DNA of 38,964 nucleotides from a virus: UHGV virus genome UHGV-0287902; one strand, 5' to 3'. Shown piece by piece: positions 1 to 9,144 of this stretch (position 1 is its first letter; each line of letters starts with the position of its first letter). The notes under the pieces were generated by a model. It saw only the letters and a program-made list of their open reading frames with translations, ran no database searches and was not told where the DNA came from. The position numbers and the translations under genes were made by a program.

Positions 1-1
1 C

Positions 2-154
2 CTGCCGGTGCCCCCATTTGTTAAACAAAGCAAAGATCAACTGCTCATTACACTGTGGCTGACGGGCGAAGACCCACCGCAGCGCATTATGCTGCGTACA
101 GAACACGATAACGAAGAAATGTCAGTATCGATGCATAAGCATGTAACCAGGTGA
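2..154 (+). CDS. possible 3' end of an interrupted host gene (open from window start, stop TGA 152-154)
   Basis: Frame open from position 2 to TGA at 152-154, directly abutting first end repeat; no start in window. Confidence 0.25.
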   Translation: MPVPPFVKQSKDQLLITLWLTGEDPPQRIMLRTEHDNEEMSVSMHKHVTR

Positions 155-155
155 A

Positions 156-318
156 TCATTTGATACCAACGAGGGTTTTAGTGAAAGGAGGTGAAATCAC
201 CTGTAAGATACTGAAATAAAACAGGTGATGTCTGGATGAGCGCTTAAAGTCTATTTGATACCGATTGTGCAATAATTAATCGTTTATTCTAAAATCGGCA
301 AAACTTTTGATACTACGG
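156..318 (+). repeat. left-end putative transposase binding sites (three TTTGATAC repeats)
   Basis: tcaTTTGATACCaacg at 156-170, tatTTTGATACCgattg at 252-267, cttTTGATACTacgg at 304-318; 8-bp inverted repeat TCACCTGT/ACAGGTGA at 197-229 between first and second site. Confidence 0.6.
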
Positions 319-413
319 ATTGACGCTTAAAATGGCTTTAAAAAGGCTTAAAACGTTTTTCTCCAGATTGTCTTTAAAGGAGTGTACTACAGCACAAAAA
401 TTGCACCACTCCC

Positions 414-998
414 TTACGCACCAGCCTTTTTCTGGGTTACATTTAAATGATTAACCTTAGCTTCACATTCTTCATAAATCTCTCTTACAGTATCATCGGG
501 TAACTCTTGTAGACTCAATGCTAGTGCTCTTTTGACTCCGCTCAATGAGTGCAGTTTTTGAATATCTGTATCAAGCAAAACGGTTAGTAGTTCGGCCCCT
601 TTCCTGATCAATAAGTTGGACAAAATCTCTTGTTCAGATGAAGTTAGCGAGTCCCACGCCCTCATGATGATGGAATCACTATCATCAATTCTTTGTTTTT
701 TTGTTCTTTTTGTTTGTTCGATTGGTTCTTTTTTCATGCTTGGCTCATCACCATAACCATTGACTAGCCACTCCATAGATACATGTTCTCTTTCTGCAAT
801 GTTCTGGAGATGGTGCTTTCTTGGTTGTGGTGGCGGCTGATTGTTTCTCCTTTTGTAGTAGTTCTGCAATGTCTGAACGTTTATTCCCCATGCTCTAGCC
901 GCCTCACTTCTCGATTTGTAACGCTCTGCAAGACGAAAAATCCGTTCGATCACTGGTTCTTTTCCTTCGTCGAGAAAAGAACTGTTTTTCATGTTCAT
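414..998 (-). CDS. c: Mu c-type repressor; start taken at internal ATG 998, track ORF extends to 1127
   Basis: Divergent from ner, N-terminal HTH-like region, about 195 aa as Mu repressor; AAGGA upstream of ATG at 998; upstream part of track ORF is AT-rich operator DNA. Confidence 0.7.
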   Translation of the reverse strand: MNMKNSSFLDEGKEPVIERIFRLAERYKSRSEAARAWGINVQTLQNYYKRRNNQPPPQPRKHHLQNIAEREHVSMEWLVNGYGDEPSMKKEPIEQTKRTKKQRIDDSDSIIMRAWDSLTSSEQEILSNLLIRKGAELLTVLLDTDIQKLHSLSGVKRALALSLQELPDDTVREIYEECEAKVNHLNVTQKKAGA

Positions 999-1165
999 GC
1001 TCTCAGGTTCCTTTTTATTTATCTTATTGATATTAATAATAAAAACACCGCAAAGAATAAAAAGAACAAAATACCTTGATTTGGTTCTTTTGTTTGTTCT
1101 ATTATTTACCCGTACAGATATCCGCACGAATATCCGCGCGGGTAACTTTTTAGAATAGAGGAAGT
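999..1165. promoter_or_regulatory. operator and divergent promoter region between repressor and ner
   Basis: AT-rich; inverted repeat AAAAGAAC (1060-1067) / GTTCTTTT (1084-1091); direct repeat ATATCCGC at 1118-1125 and 1130-1137. Confidence 0.5.
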
Positions 1166-1414
1166 ATGAGTAGAAGAGAAGTTTCAGATCACGATTGGCC
1201 GCCTGAAATCATCAAGGCGCGCTTACACATGGCTGGCTTATCACTGCGCTCTTTATCTTTAAAGGCTGGTTACAGCAGGGATTCGCTGAAAAGCGTATTA
1301 CGTACTCCTTGCCGACCGTATCAGCAAATAATTGCTGATGCTCTTGGGGTATCGCCTGAAGAAATCTGGCCCAGTCGATACCAGGTTAAGAGCTATATGA
1401 GAAAGGCGTCATGA
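1166..1414 (+). CDS. ner: Ner-like DNA-binding protein
   Basis: 82 aa, position after repressor; C-terminal motif IIADALGVSPEEIWPSRY resembles Mu Ner; RBS AGAGGAAG. Confidence 0.85.
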   Translation: MSRREVSDHDWPPEIIKARLHMAGLSLRSLSLKAGYSRDSLKSVLRTPCRPYQQIIADALGVSPEEIWPSRYQVKSYMRKAS

Positions 1415-1415
1415 T

Positions 1416-3506
1416 ATGTATGTCATTGCAAAAGAACTGATTGGCGCGCCCGGAATGCCTGCTACAACAAAAGGTATTCGCCAGGCATTACAACGTTACG
1501 TACAAGGGAAAAGCTGTTGTTCCCGTCGTCGCTCAGGCTCTAAAGCAACTGAATACAGCATCGACTGTTTACCTGAAGTGACGCAGCAGGCATTACGTGA
1601 ACGCTACGCCCTGCAACTGATGACTCAAAAAGTCGATGAATCACCGGCTCCTGTGGTGACAAAGGCCAGACGCTCGCCTGCCGTGGTTGATGCGGTGGAG
1701 GCATATCGCGGATCACCACAACTGATGGTCGAACGCCTTAATGCCCTGACTGAAAACCAGCGCCAGGTGGCTGATGCACGAATCGCGATCGTCAGCGAAG
1801 TTCTGAAAGTCGCGCAACAACCTGGTTTCAGCTGTGCGAAGGCTATCCGGTTTATCGTTGACAACCTGGCACGTTCGCAGCTGGACGAGCGCATTGTGGC
1901 AATGGTTGAGACGGCGAACGCCAAAAAGGGAAACAGCCGCGCGTTAAGTGAAATCACTCTGAAACGCTGGATTGCGGCCTTTAACAAGGCGCAGAACGCC
2001 GCTGAACGCCTGCTTTTACTGGCACCGGGTAAGCGCCAGGAAATAAAAGCCGAAGATATTAACTGGCTGCCCGAATTTCTGGCGCAGTATCGCCAGTCAA
2101 ACGGCCGACCAATGACCGAGGCTTACGAGGATTTTGTCGCTGAATGGCAGCACCGGCACGCTGATGAGCCTTATATGCTCGATATCATGCCGTCTTATGA
2201 CACCATTCGCCGCGCAATGAAGAAACTGCCGGAAGTGGTGAAACAAAAAGGCCGGGTGACCGGCAGTGAATACCGCCAGCTTGAGGGATTCACGCGCCGC
2301 GACTGGTCAAAAATGCCGGTGAATTATGTCTGGATTGGTGACGGTCACGGCATGAAGCTGAAATGTGCGCACCCGGTTCACGGGCGGCCATTCGCACCGG
2401 AAGTGACCTTTGTTATCGACGGTGGCACGCGCTTTGTGGTGGGCTGGAGCCTTGATCTGGCTGAAAATGTTTTCGCTGTAGCCGGTGCCATACAGCACGG
2501 CATTCGCCATCACGGCAAACCGTTTCTGTATTACTCGGATAACGGCTCGGGGGAAACCGCCGACATCCTGGATAAGGAGGTTGTGGGGATCCTGCCGCGA
2601 CTGGGGATTAATCACCCGACCGGGATTGCCGGTAATCCGCAGGGACGAGGCATTATCGAACGGCTTAACCGCACATTACCGATGCGCATAGCCCGTAAAT
2701 ACCGCACCTATTTCGGGAAAGGTGCAGATCGCGAGACGTTACGCAAAACCAACCGCGATTTACGCTCGGCATTTACTGCCCTGCAACAGGGCAAACGGCT
2801 GAACGCCCGGCAGCAGTCAGCGATGCGTGATTTACCGTCCTGGGCTGAACTGATTGATGCCATTCGTGATGGTGTTGAGTGGTACAACAACCGGCCGCAC
2901 GATGAATTACCGGTGAAGCCGAACGGCAAGCATTACAGCCCGGCGGAGTTCAGAAAAAAACGCCTGGCGGAAGAGGACACGGAAATTGAATGGCTGTCCG
3001 ATGTTGAGCTGCGGGATATGTTCCGGCCGATGGTGGAACGCCCTGTAAGACGCTGTGAAATACGCTGGCTGAATAATATTTACTACGCGCCCGAGCTGCG
3101 TGACGAGCATGGTCGTAAGGTGCTTATCAGCTATGACATTCATGATGCCGAACGAATTACCGTTCGTCGCCCGGATGGCAGCGTGATTTGCGAGGCGGTA
3201 TGGGACGGCAATAAACGCGAAGCCTTCCCGGTCAGCGCGGAATACTACAAACAGCAGCAACGCCTTAAAGGCATGCGTAAACGCGCAGAGGAAAAAATCC
3301 GTGATGCCGAGGATGAAGTGGTCAACGTGCTGGAGCACAAGCCGCAGGAGCCCTGGCGGGAAAACATCTATCGCCCGGTAGGTAATACGGTGGCCGTTCA
3401 GCAACCTGCCGTTGATGATGAGCCTGATGAAGAATACGAGCGTAATTTCCAGCGGGGATTGCAGTTGCTCGAAGCGAAATTAAAAGAAAATGACCCGCTG
3501 GCCTGA
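1416..3506 (+). CDS. A: transposase A (DDE, MuA-like)
   Basis: 696 aa; DDE-region motifs WIGDGHG, YYSDNGSGE, PQGRGIIERLNRT; start overlaps ner stop. Confidence 0.95.
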   Translation: MYVIAKELIGAPGMPATTKGIRQALQRYVQGKSCCSRRRSGSKATEYSIDCLPEVTQQALRERYALQLMTQKVDESPAPVVTKARRSPAVVDAVEAYRGSPQLMVERLNALTENQRQVADARIAIVSEVLKVAQQPGFSCAKAIRFIVDNLARSQLDERIVAMVETANAKKGNSRALSEITLKRWIAAFNKAQNAAERLLLLAPGKRQEIKAEDINWLPEFLAQYRQSNGRPMTEAYEDFVAEWQHRHADEPYMLDIMPSYDTIRRAMKKLPEVVKQKGRVTGSEYRQLEGFTRRDWSKMPVNYVWIGDGHGMKLKCAHPVHGRPFAPEVTFVIDGGTRFVVGWSLDLAENVFAVAGAIQHGIRHHGKPFLYYSDNGSGETADILDKEVVGILPRLGINHPTGIAGNPQGRGIIERLNRTLPMRIARKYRTYFGKGADRETLRKTNRDLRSAFTALQQGKRLNARQQSAMRDLPSWAELIDAIRDGVEWYNNRPHDELPVKPNGKHYSPAEFRKKRLAEEDTEIEWLSDVELRDMFRPMVERPVRRCEIRWLNNIYYAPELRDEHGRKVLISYDIHDAERITVRRPDGSVICEAVWDGNKREAFPVSAEYYKQQQRLKGMRKRAEEKIRDAEDEVVNVLEHKPQEPWRENIYRPVGNTVAVQQPAVDDEPDEEYERNFQRGLQLLEAKLKENDPLA

Positions 3507-3577
3507 AATAAAAAAATAACCCGAGCGGCGACTCAGGTTATTTGATTAAACAAGGTATCAAATGAGAGGTTAATAAT

Positions 3578-4510
3578 ATGACTGATATTAACGATGTAAT
3601 CAAGACCATTGATGAACTTATTGATGGCGGCGTACTGACGCAGTATGCCATCGCCAGAGAGGCGGGAATTTCCGACGGCACATTATCGGCTTTCCGCAAG
3701 GGGAAATATAAAGGCGATAACGCCGCTGTGGCTGCTTCCCTGCGTTCCTGGTATGAGAACTGGAATAAACAAAGCGCACTGCCGGAACCGCCGCAGTTTG
3801 TGGAAACGCAGACAGTCCAGGAGCTGCGCGCACTGTTTCAGGCGGTTCGCCTGATGGGCTGTATTAACGTCATTGTGGGCGTACCGGGTGTGGGTAAAAC
3901 GGCCACCGCCCGTAATTACTGCCAGGAGCAACCAAACACCTGGATGATCACCCTGTCACCCGCGCACTCCAGCGTCACGGAGTGTCTGCTGGAGCTGGCC
4001 GATGCGCTGGGGATTGATTACACCCGCGCGAACAAGGGGGCGTTATCCCGCGCCATCCGCCGTCGCCTGACGGGAACGCGTGGACTGGTGATTGTGGATG
4101 AGGCGGATCATCTGGGTATTGACGGTCTGGAACAACTGCGTGCAATCCAGGACGCCACGGGGATCGGGATGGTGCTTATTGGTAACCCGCGCGGACTGTT
4201 TAAGGGTGGACGCCGCGCCGTTGATGACTTATCGCGCCTGTTCAGTCGTCTTGCCCGTACAAAACAACTTCGCAAGGCTAAAAAGGCGGATGTGCTGGCC
4301 ATTGCCAGGGCATGGGGTATCAGTGGTGAGGCCGAGCTGGCCGTCATGCAGGCTATCGCTGAAAAACCGGGAGCGTTACGCGTTCTGACACATACGCTTA
4401 ACCAGGCGTGGCTCACCGCCAGCGGTGAAGGCGCGGCGCTGACAGAAAAACATATTAATGCGGCCTTTAAAGAGGTTTATACCAACCCTGAATTACTCTC
4501 ACAGGTGTGA
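3578..4510 (+). CDS. B: transposase B, AAA+ target DNA activator (MuB-like)
   Basis: 310 aa; Walker A GVPGVGKT, Walker B LVIVDEAD. Confidence 0.95.
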   Translation: MTDINDVIKTIDELIDGGVLTQYAIAREAGISDGTLSAFRKGKYKGDNAAVAASLRSWYENWNKQSALPEPPQFVETQTVQELRALFQAVRLMGCINVIVGVPGVGKTATARNYCQEQPNTWMITLSPAHSSVTECLLELADALGIDYTRANKGALSRAIRRRLTGTRGLVIVDEADHLGIDGLEQLRAIQDATGIGMVLIGNPRGLFKGGRRAVDDLSRLFSRLARTKQLRKAKKADVLAIARAWGISGEAELAVMQAIAEKPGALRVLTHTLNQAWLTASGEGAALTEKHINAAFKEVYTNPELLSQV

Positions 4511-4734
4511 TTATGGCGGTATTTAATATTCCTGATATTTACGGACGCTTTTACCTGGTTAATTTCGATAACGTGAAGGTGATTTCACTGGCCGAAAATA
4601 AAGAATGTGGCGATTTACTTTTTGAATTTAATGACCGCACACGAATGGTGATATCTGCCGGACTTGATCGCAAAGGTGCGACAGACGTTTACAGCGGAAT
4701 ATGCCGTTCTGTTGGTGCGAAACAAGTCAGCTAA
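4507..4734 (+). CDS. hypothetical small early protein (position of Mu kil)
   Basis: 75 aa; GTG start overlapping B stop (GTGA); synteny only. Confidence 0.55.
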   Translation: MIMAVFNIPDIYGRFYLVNFDNVKVISLAENKECGDLLFEFNDRTRMVISAGLDRKGATDVYSGICRSVGAKQVS

Positions 4735-4746
4735 ATGAGGTGTTAT

Positions 4747-5001
4747 ATGAATATGCAATCCTGCGGTAACAAAATGAATTTATTCGACTCCCTGAACAGC
4801 GCGCGCCGTCTGACCGAACTTGCCGGTGCGGTACTGGAACGCAGTAAGCGCTATCCGCAACGTTTTGCACTGAAAACCACGCCGCCGGTAGGCAACGTGC
4901 AGGGAACCGGTGAAATTGAAATCACCATACAGACCAACGGCCTGCGCCGCCGTGTGAAGGCCACCCGCATCAGCGGCTGCACGGTTTACTGGGAGGTGTG
5001 A
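4747..5001 (+). CDS. hypothetical early protein
   Basis: ORF 4735-5001; GAGGTG upstream of ATG 4747 preferred as start. Confidence 0.5.
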   Translation: MNMQSCGNKMNLFDSLNSARRLTELAGAVLERSKRYPQRFALKTTPPVGNVQGTGEIEITIQTNGLRRRVKATRISGCTVYWEV

Positions 5002-5002
5002 G

Positions 5003-5284
5003 GTGAAACGAAATCTCATTGCATGGGCGTGGTCGAGTGGTCTTATTGAGTTTGGTTACGTCCTGCCGGAAGGTGCATTGCCGATAGTTGCCGGAAAGCC
5101 TGCCACGGTACGGCATGTGATTGAGGTTATGGCGCGTCATGGACGTGATGAACAGGAGCAGTTACTGGTTCCGGGGATACCGGAAGCGGTGACGGAGGAA
5201 GAAGCCTTTAATGCCATGATTCGGTTCTGCCGTGAGGTCAGACGCCGGGTCAGTTATCCAAACAGAACGAGGACCAGAGGATGA
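5003..5284 (+). CDS. hypothetical early protein
   Basis: 93 aa; GTG start preceded by GGAGG; overlaps previous stop. Confidence 0.55.
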   Translation: MKRNLIAWAWSSGLIEFGYVLPEGALPIVAGKPATVRHVIEVMARHGRDEQEQLLVPGIPEAVTEEEAFNAMIRFCREVRRRVSYPNRTRTRG

Positions 5285-5553
5285 GTAAAGTCGTACGCAT
5301 TATTTTCGAATACAAGGAGCACGTTATCCATAAAAACCCTGATGGAACAGTGCGCATGGGGGTAAGTCTGGACATACGTTCAACCGGGATAAAGCAGAAA
5401 GGTGATGGACCCGCCATGATTTTTGGGGTGGTTATGCTCGCGGAAAGCAGAGACTTTGCTGAACTTGTGGCAATGAAAGCCAGTGCGCTCATGAAAGATA
5501 TGAGCATGCGTTCCGGGGTTATTAAAGGTAATGAATTTAATCAACAGGGGTAA
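5281..5553 (+). CDS. hypothetical early protein, paralog 1 (N-terminus MSKVVRIIFEYKEH)
   Basis: 90 aa; ATGA overlap with previous gene; N-terminus shared with next ORF. Confidence 0.6.
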   Translation: MSKVVRIIFEYKEHVIHKNPDGTVRMGVSLDIRSTGIKQKGDGPAMIFGVVMLAESRDFAELVAMKASALMKDMSMRSGVIKGNEFNQQG

Positions 5554-5557
5554 TTCC

Positions 5558-5851
5558 ATGAGCAAAGTACGCGTTATTTTTGAATTTAATCATGTTTCGC
5601 ATGACGAAAAGTTGGCAGGCAATGACTGTGTTGAAGTGCATGAAAAGATTGGAGTGGATGTGAAAACAGAACGTGATACGGATAACAGGCCGACGTCACT
5701 CTGTGACGTTTATGCAAGTATTCTCCAGTATCACAGTCCTGCAATTATTCAGTTTCTCTCAGCGGAATTTCAGGCATCTGCACAGTCTTTTGGAGCGGAT
5801 GCCATCATTAAACGCCACCGCGTGCATAAAGCATCAGGCACACTGCAATAA
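5558..5851 (+). CDS. hypothetical early protein, paralog 2 (N-terminus MSKVRVIFEFNH)
   Basis: 97 aa from ATG 5558 with AGGGGG RBS; track ORF begins 5531. Confidence 0.6.
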   Translation: MSKVRVIFEFNHVSHDEKLAGNDCVEVHEKIGVDVKTERDTDNRPTSLCDVYASILQYHSPAIIQFLSAEFQASAQSFGADAIIKRHRVHKASGTLQ

Positions 5852-5862
5852 GGAAAAACAAA

Positions 5863-6393
5863 ATGGCTAAACGCGTTACAAAATTAAAGGCCGCAGCCGA
5901 GGCGGCACCGCAGACCCGGGAAGAAGTCAGCCGTGATATCCGCACCCTGGGAGATATTCAGCGAGAGGCGCTGCGCCTGGAAACGGCGATGAATGACGAA
6001 GTGGCAGAAATCACCGCCCGTTATACGCCGCAGATTGAAAATCTTAAAAAGCAAATCAAAGTGCTTTTTAAAGGGATTCAGGACTGGTGCAAAACCAACC
6101 GTGATGAGCTGACGAACGGCGGCAAAACCAAAACAGCCAATCTGACCACCGGAACGGTGTCATGGCGGCTGGGAACGCCATCATGCAGCGTCAGCCGTGA
6201 TGTGGAAGGTGTGATTGAAATGCTGCGCCGTATGGGGCTTGAGCGTTTCATCCGCACGAAAGAGGAAGTGAACAAGGAAGCCGTCCTGGCGGAGCCGGAT
6301 GCTGTGAAAGGCATTGCCGGTATCAAGGTGAATAAAGGCGCTGAAAGTTTTTATGTCGAGCCTTTTGAACAGGACGCCGGACTGAATAAATAA
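5863..6393 (+). CDS. gam: host-nuclease inhibitor Gam
   Basis: 176 aa, size and position of Mu Gam; RBS AAGGAAAAA. Confidence 0.85.
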   Translation: MAKRVTKLKAAAEAAPQTREEVSRDIRTLGDIQREALRLETAMNDEVAEITARYTPQIENLKKQIKVLFKGIQDWCKTNRDELTNGGKTKTANLTTGTVSWRLGTPSCSVSRDVEGVIEMLRRMGLERFIRTKEEVNKEAVLAEPDAVKGIAGIKVNKGAESFYVEPFEQDAGLNK

Positions 6394-6538
6394 CACCACA
6401 TTAATCAATTAAATATCACTTCATTTTAATTATGGCGCTCGCGTCAGGGGACTGCTTGCGCCTGAAAACAGAAAATAAGGGTTAAGAAATATGAAATACG
6501 TTTATATCGTCATTAATAATGTGGTGGGGAAATAAATC

Positions 6539-7072
6539 ATGATTGATGCAAAAGTGCTTGAAGGGGTTAAAAACTGGCTGTGTATTTATGGCCGCCTGAC
6601 CTGCGGTGTACTGGCTGAAAAAATGAATATGCCGCCATCCTCCATGGTTTATTTTCTGCGTGATGCGGTTGATGCAGGCGTGCTGACGGAATGTAACGGT
6701 TTTTATGATATTCCGCGCCCCCGCCCGGTGCAGCCGGTTCGTCGCAAATGCAGCCAGGAATCTGCGGCTGATGATGTTCAGTGGTGCGGCTTCAGAAAAT
6801 CCCTGCCATGGATTGAGGGGCATGATATTCCGTCGATGGCGTGGGAATTTGCTCAGGGCGTTCTGACCTGTGAAACCGTTTATGTGGTGGCTGAAGTTGA
6901 TGAGCAGGCCATGAAAGAAGGCGTGCCCCAGTTTGTGATGGCGTATATCGACATACGCCTGGGCGTCATTATCTGCGGTTTAAGCGGCTGGAATATCACT
7001 GAACATGTTCTGCGCTACCTGATTGTTGACCGGACAGCAGCGCCTGCCGGGATATCTGCGGAGGTGGCGTAA
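6539..7072 (+). CDS. hypothetical protein, early accessory cluster
   Basis: 177 aa; follows an unusual 145-bp gap after gam; no motif recognised. Confidence 0.6.
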   Translation: MIDAKVLEGVKNWLCIYGRLTCGVLAEKMNMPPSSMVYFLRDAVDAGVLTECNGFYDIPRPRPVQPVRRKCSQESAADDVQWCGFRKSLPWIEGHDIPSMAWEFAQGVLTCETVYVVAEVDEQAMKEGVPQFVMAYIDIRLGVIICGLSGWNITEHVLRYLIVDRTAAPAGISAEVA

Positions 7073-7587
7073 TGTTCTTTAAAACATCAAACCCTTCCGC
7101 GCTGGCTGCGTGGCAAAAATACCAGCAGGACTGCCAGAAAGTTAAGGATGAGGCAAAACGCCTTGAGGCCGTGCTGAATGTTGCGTGCCGGTCGGTATTT
7201 GTATCCGGTATCAGTGGATTTTACTTTAAGGGACTGCGTTTTACGGAGGACAAATATCCTTTTCATCGCGACTTATGGCGAAAACCGACTGCGTCGAATG
7301 GCTGGAGCTGCACACCGCGCACATCACGTATCCCTAAAACCCTGCGTGTTGCCTCTGATGAACTGAACAGTCTGTGGCGTGAATATTCGCCCGTCACGTA
7401 TGCCAGAACCGATGCGCTGTTGTTCTGGTTGGGTATTGATTTCTCGGCAATCCTGTTTGGCCCTGTGAAGTGGTTCTGCGTTGACGATGTGATTTACCTT
7501 CAGTGCGGCGTAAAACCCGCAAAACAGAAAATGACCGAAATACTGTCTGATGAGTTTTATGCTGCTGAAAAGCGAGTCAGGGGGTGA
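7072..7587 (+). CDS. hypothetical protein, early accessory cluster
   Basis: 171 aa; start overlaps previous stop (TAATG). Confidence 0.6.
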   Translation: MFFKTSNPSALAAWQKYQQDCQKVKDEAKRLEAVLNVACRSVFVSGISGFYFKGLRFTEDKYPFHRDLWRKPTASNGWSCTPRTSRIPKTLRVASDELNSLWREYSPVTYARTDALLFWLGIDFSAILFGPVKWFCVDDVIYLQCGVKPAKQKMTEILSDEFYAAEKRVRG

Positions 7588-7590
7588 TGC

Positions 7591-8142
7591 ATGATGAAAT
7601 TACAACCCATGGGACTAAAAGGTCGCGCCCCCGCTCATGTCCGTCCGTGGACACCTGAAGAAGATGCGCTGCTGATTGCGCTTTATTCATCCACCCCGGT
7701 TAAGGATATTGCTGCCAGAATAAAAAGAACTGTCTGGGCTGTATATAACCGGACTGGTGTATTGCGCAGTTCATACCCGGAGTTACTGAAATATAAACAC
7801 CCAAGATTTACACCTGATGAAGATAAGTTTATTCGAAAAAATGCCAGAACAATGACCTGCCAGCAAATGGGAGAATATCTCGGACGTAATAAAGATTCTG
7901 TCAGATGTCGGGCAGGAATGATTGGTGCTGGATTAACAAAGTGCGGAGAGTTACGCCCCGGCACGCGCATATCTGATGATGATGTACGTCTTATACGTGC
8001 GCTGCGTGATTCCGATTACCCACGCCGTCTGTCATTCCGGGAAATTGGCGAAAAGTTTGGAATATCTGAACATTCTGCTCACGCAGTTTATTACCGTCGC
8101 CGGACTGCCGAGGACGCTGTATTACGGGAGTTAACGCCATGA
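7591..8142 (+). CDS. putative DNA-binding protein with three HTH-like repeats
   Basis: 183 aa; repeats WTPEEDALLIALY...DIAARIKRTVWAVYNR, RFTPDEDKFIRKN...QMGEYLGRNKDSV, LSFREIGEKFGISEHSAHAVYYRR; AGGGGG RBS. Confidence 0.65.
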   Translation: MMKLQPMGLKGRAPAHVRPWTPEEDALLIALYSSTPVKDIAARIKRTVWAVYNRTGVLRSSYPELLKYKHPRFTPDEDKFIRKNARTMTCQQMGEYLGRNKDSVRCRAGMIGAGLTKCGELRPGTRISDDDVRLIRALRDSDYPRRLSFREIGEKFGISEHSAHAVYYRRRTAEDAVLRELTP

Positions 8143-8471
8143 TAACGACCTTATTTGTTGAATCAGATGAACCTCTTGTGTGTGCCGCCGGAATGCCGCT
8201 CTGTGGCGGAACGCTGACCGGCGTTTATTTCGGGGATTTGCGCGGTTATCCCTGGCATTCACTGGATGACGCATTTCCGCCTGATATGGAGGCTGTCGTG
8301 CTGATTGTTCAGTATGGTGACCAACAGGAACTGCGCATCGGCCATATGGGGTATGAAGGCTTTTTTATTGATGAAGAAACCGGAGCCTGCCTTGAAGATG
8401 AGGACGGACAGGTGACGCACTGGTGCCATCTTTCGGCCTTGCCGGAATTACAGGGGATACATAATGGATGA
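8139..8471 (+). CDS. hypothetical protein
   Basis: 110 aa; ATGA overlap with previous gene. Confidence 0.55.
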   Translation: MITTLFVESDEPLVCAAGMPLCGGTLTGVYFGDLRGYPWHSLDDAFPPDMEAVVLIVQYGDQQELRIGHMGYEGFFIDEETGACLEDEDGQVTHWCHLSALPELQGIHNG

Positions 8472-8607
8472 GCAAATTGTTGAATGTCCCACCTGTGGAA
8501 ATGAGGACCCGGAGTATCTGAAAGAGTGCCCACATTGTGGTGAGATAAAATGTAACCACTGCGATATGGGCGACGACACTGCATGTATAAATTGTGAGGA
8601 TGAATAA
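8464..8607 (+). CDS. small zinc-ribbon protein (4 CxxC)
   Basis: 47 aa, below track threshold; CPTC, CPHC, CNHC, CINC; start overlaps previous stop. Confidence 0.5.
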   Translation: MDEQIVECPTCGNEDPEYLKECPHCGEIKCNHCDMGDDTACINCEDE

Positions 8608-8608
8608 T

Positions 8609-8896
8609 ATGGAAAAAGAAATCAAATTTGCGCCTAAATCTATCGACGAAGAACTGGCTAAAATCGGCATGCTTGAACGTATGCGGGACATTATCGAATA
8701 TGCGATAAAAGAAAATCTTGCAGCCAGAGAAGCCCTTTTGATAATGGAGCGGGAGATTAACCTGATTAAGGATGCTGTATCTCTGGATAATAAAATAGCC
8801 CGCGAGGAATACGTTCGCCGTAGGCTCGGTGTTGATGGTTCAGCAATTCTTACATCTGAACATTATGCAAAAATTTTTAATCTTTTTCAGCGGTAA
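8609..8896 (+). CDS. hypothetical coiled-coil protein
   Basis: 95 aa from ATG 8609 with GAGGA upstream; track ORF begins 8594. Confidence 0.55.
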   Translation: MEKEIKFAPKSIDEELAKIGMLERMRDIIEYAIKENLAAREALLIMEREINLIKDAVSLDNKIAREEYVRRRLGVDGSAILTSEHYAKIFNLFQR

Positions 8897-9116
8897 TCCC
8901 CATACAGGCCCGGAGATTGTCGAAATGCCAGTCGGTATTAATATATGAGCCATCCTGGATATCTTCTGCATTTTCCGGGGTAGAGTTTTTTTGAGCGAGA
9001 TTGATAATATGTATTGCCTCCTCACGGGAAATCAGCCCCTTATCGAACAGGGTTACCATAAGATTTCCAGCCATTGTGAATGCGGCAACATCAAGTGCAT
9101 TTTTTATATCTGACAT
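8877..9116 (-). CDS. counter-oriented small protein, candidate moron
   Basis: 79 aa; AAGGA 7 nt upstream of ATG; 3' end overlaps + gene by 20 bp. Confidence 0.5.
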   Translation of the reverse strand: MSDIKNALDVAAFTMAGNLMVTLFDKGLISREEAIHIINLAQKNSTPENAEDIQDGSYINTDWHFDNLRACMGITAEKD

Positions 9117-9144
9117 AGATTTTTCCTTTTATGTTAATTGACAT

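Noticed and set aside
783-1079. 98-aa + strand ORF
   Set aside because: Opposite strand of the repressor gene and operator region; no RBS; AT-rich low-complexity translation.
6491-6535. 14-codon mini-ORF (MKYVYIVINNVVGK) in the gam-downstream gap
   Set aside because: Too short to call without conservation or ribosome-profiling evidence; may be a leader peptide or chance ORF.
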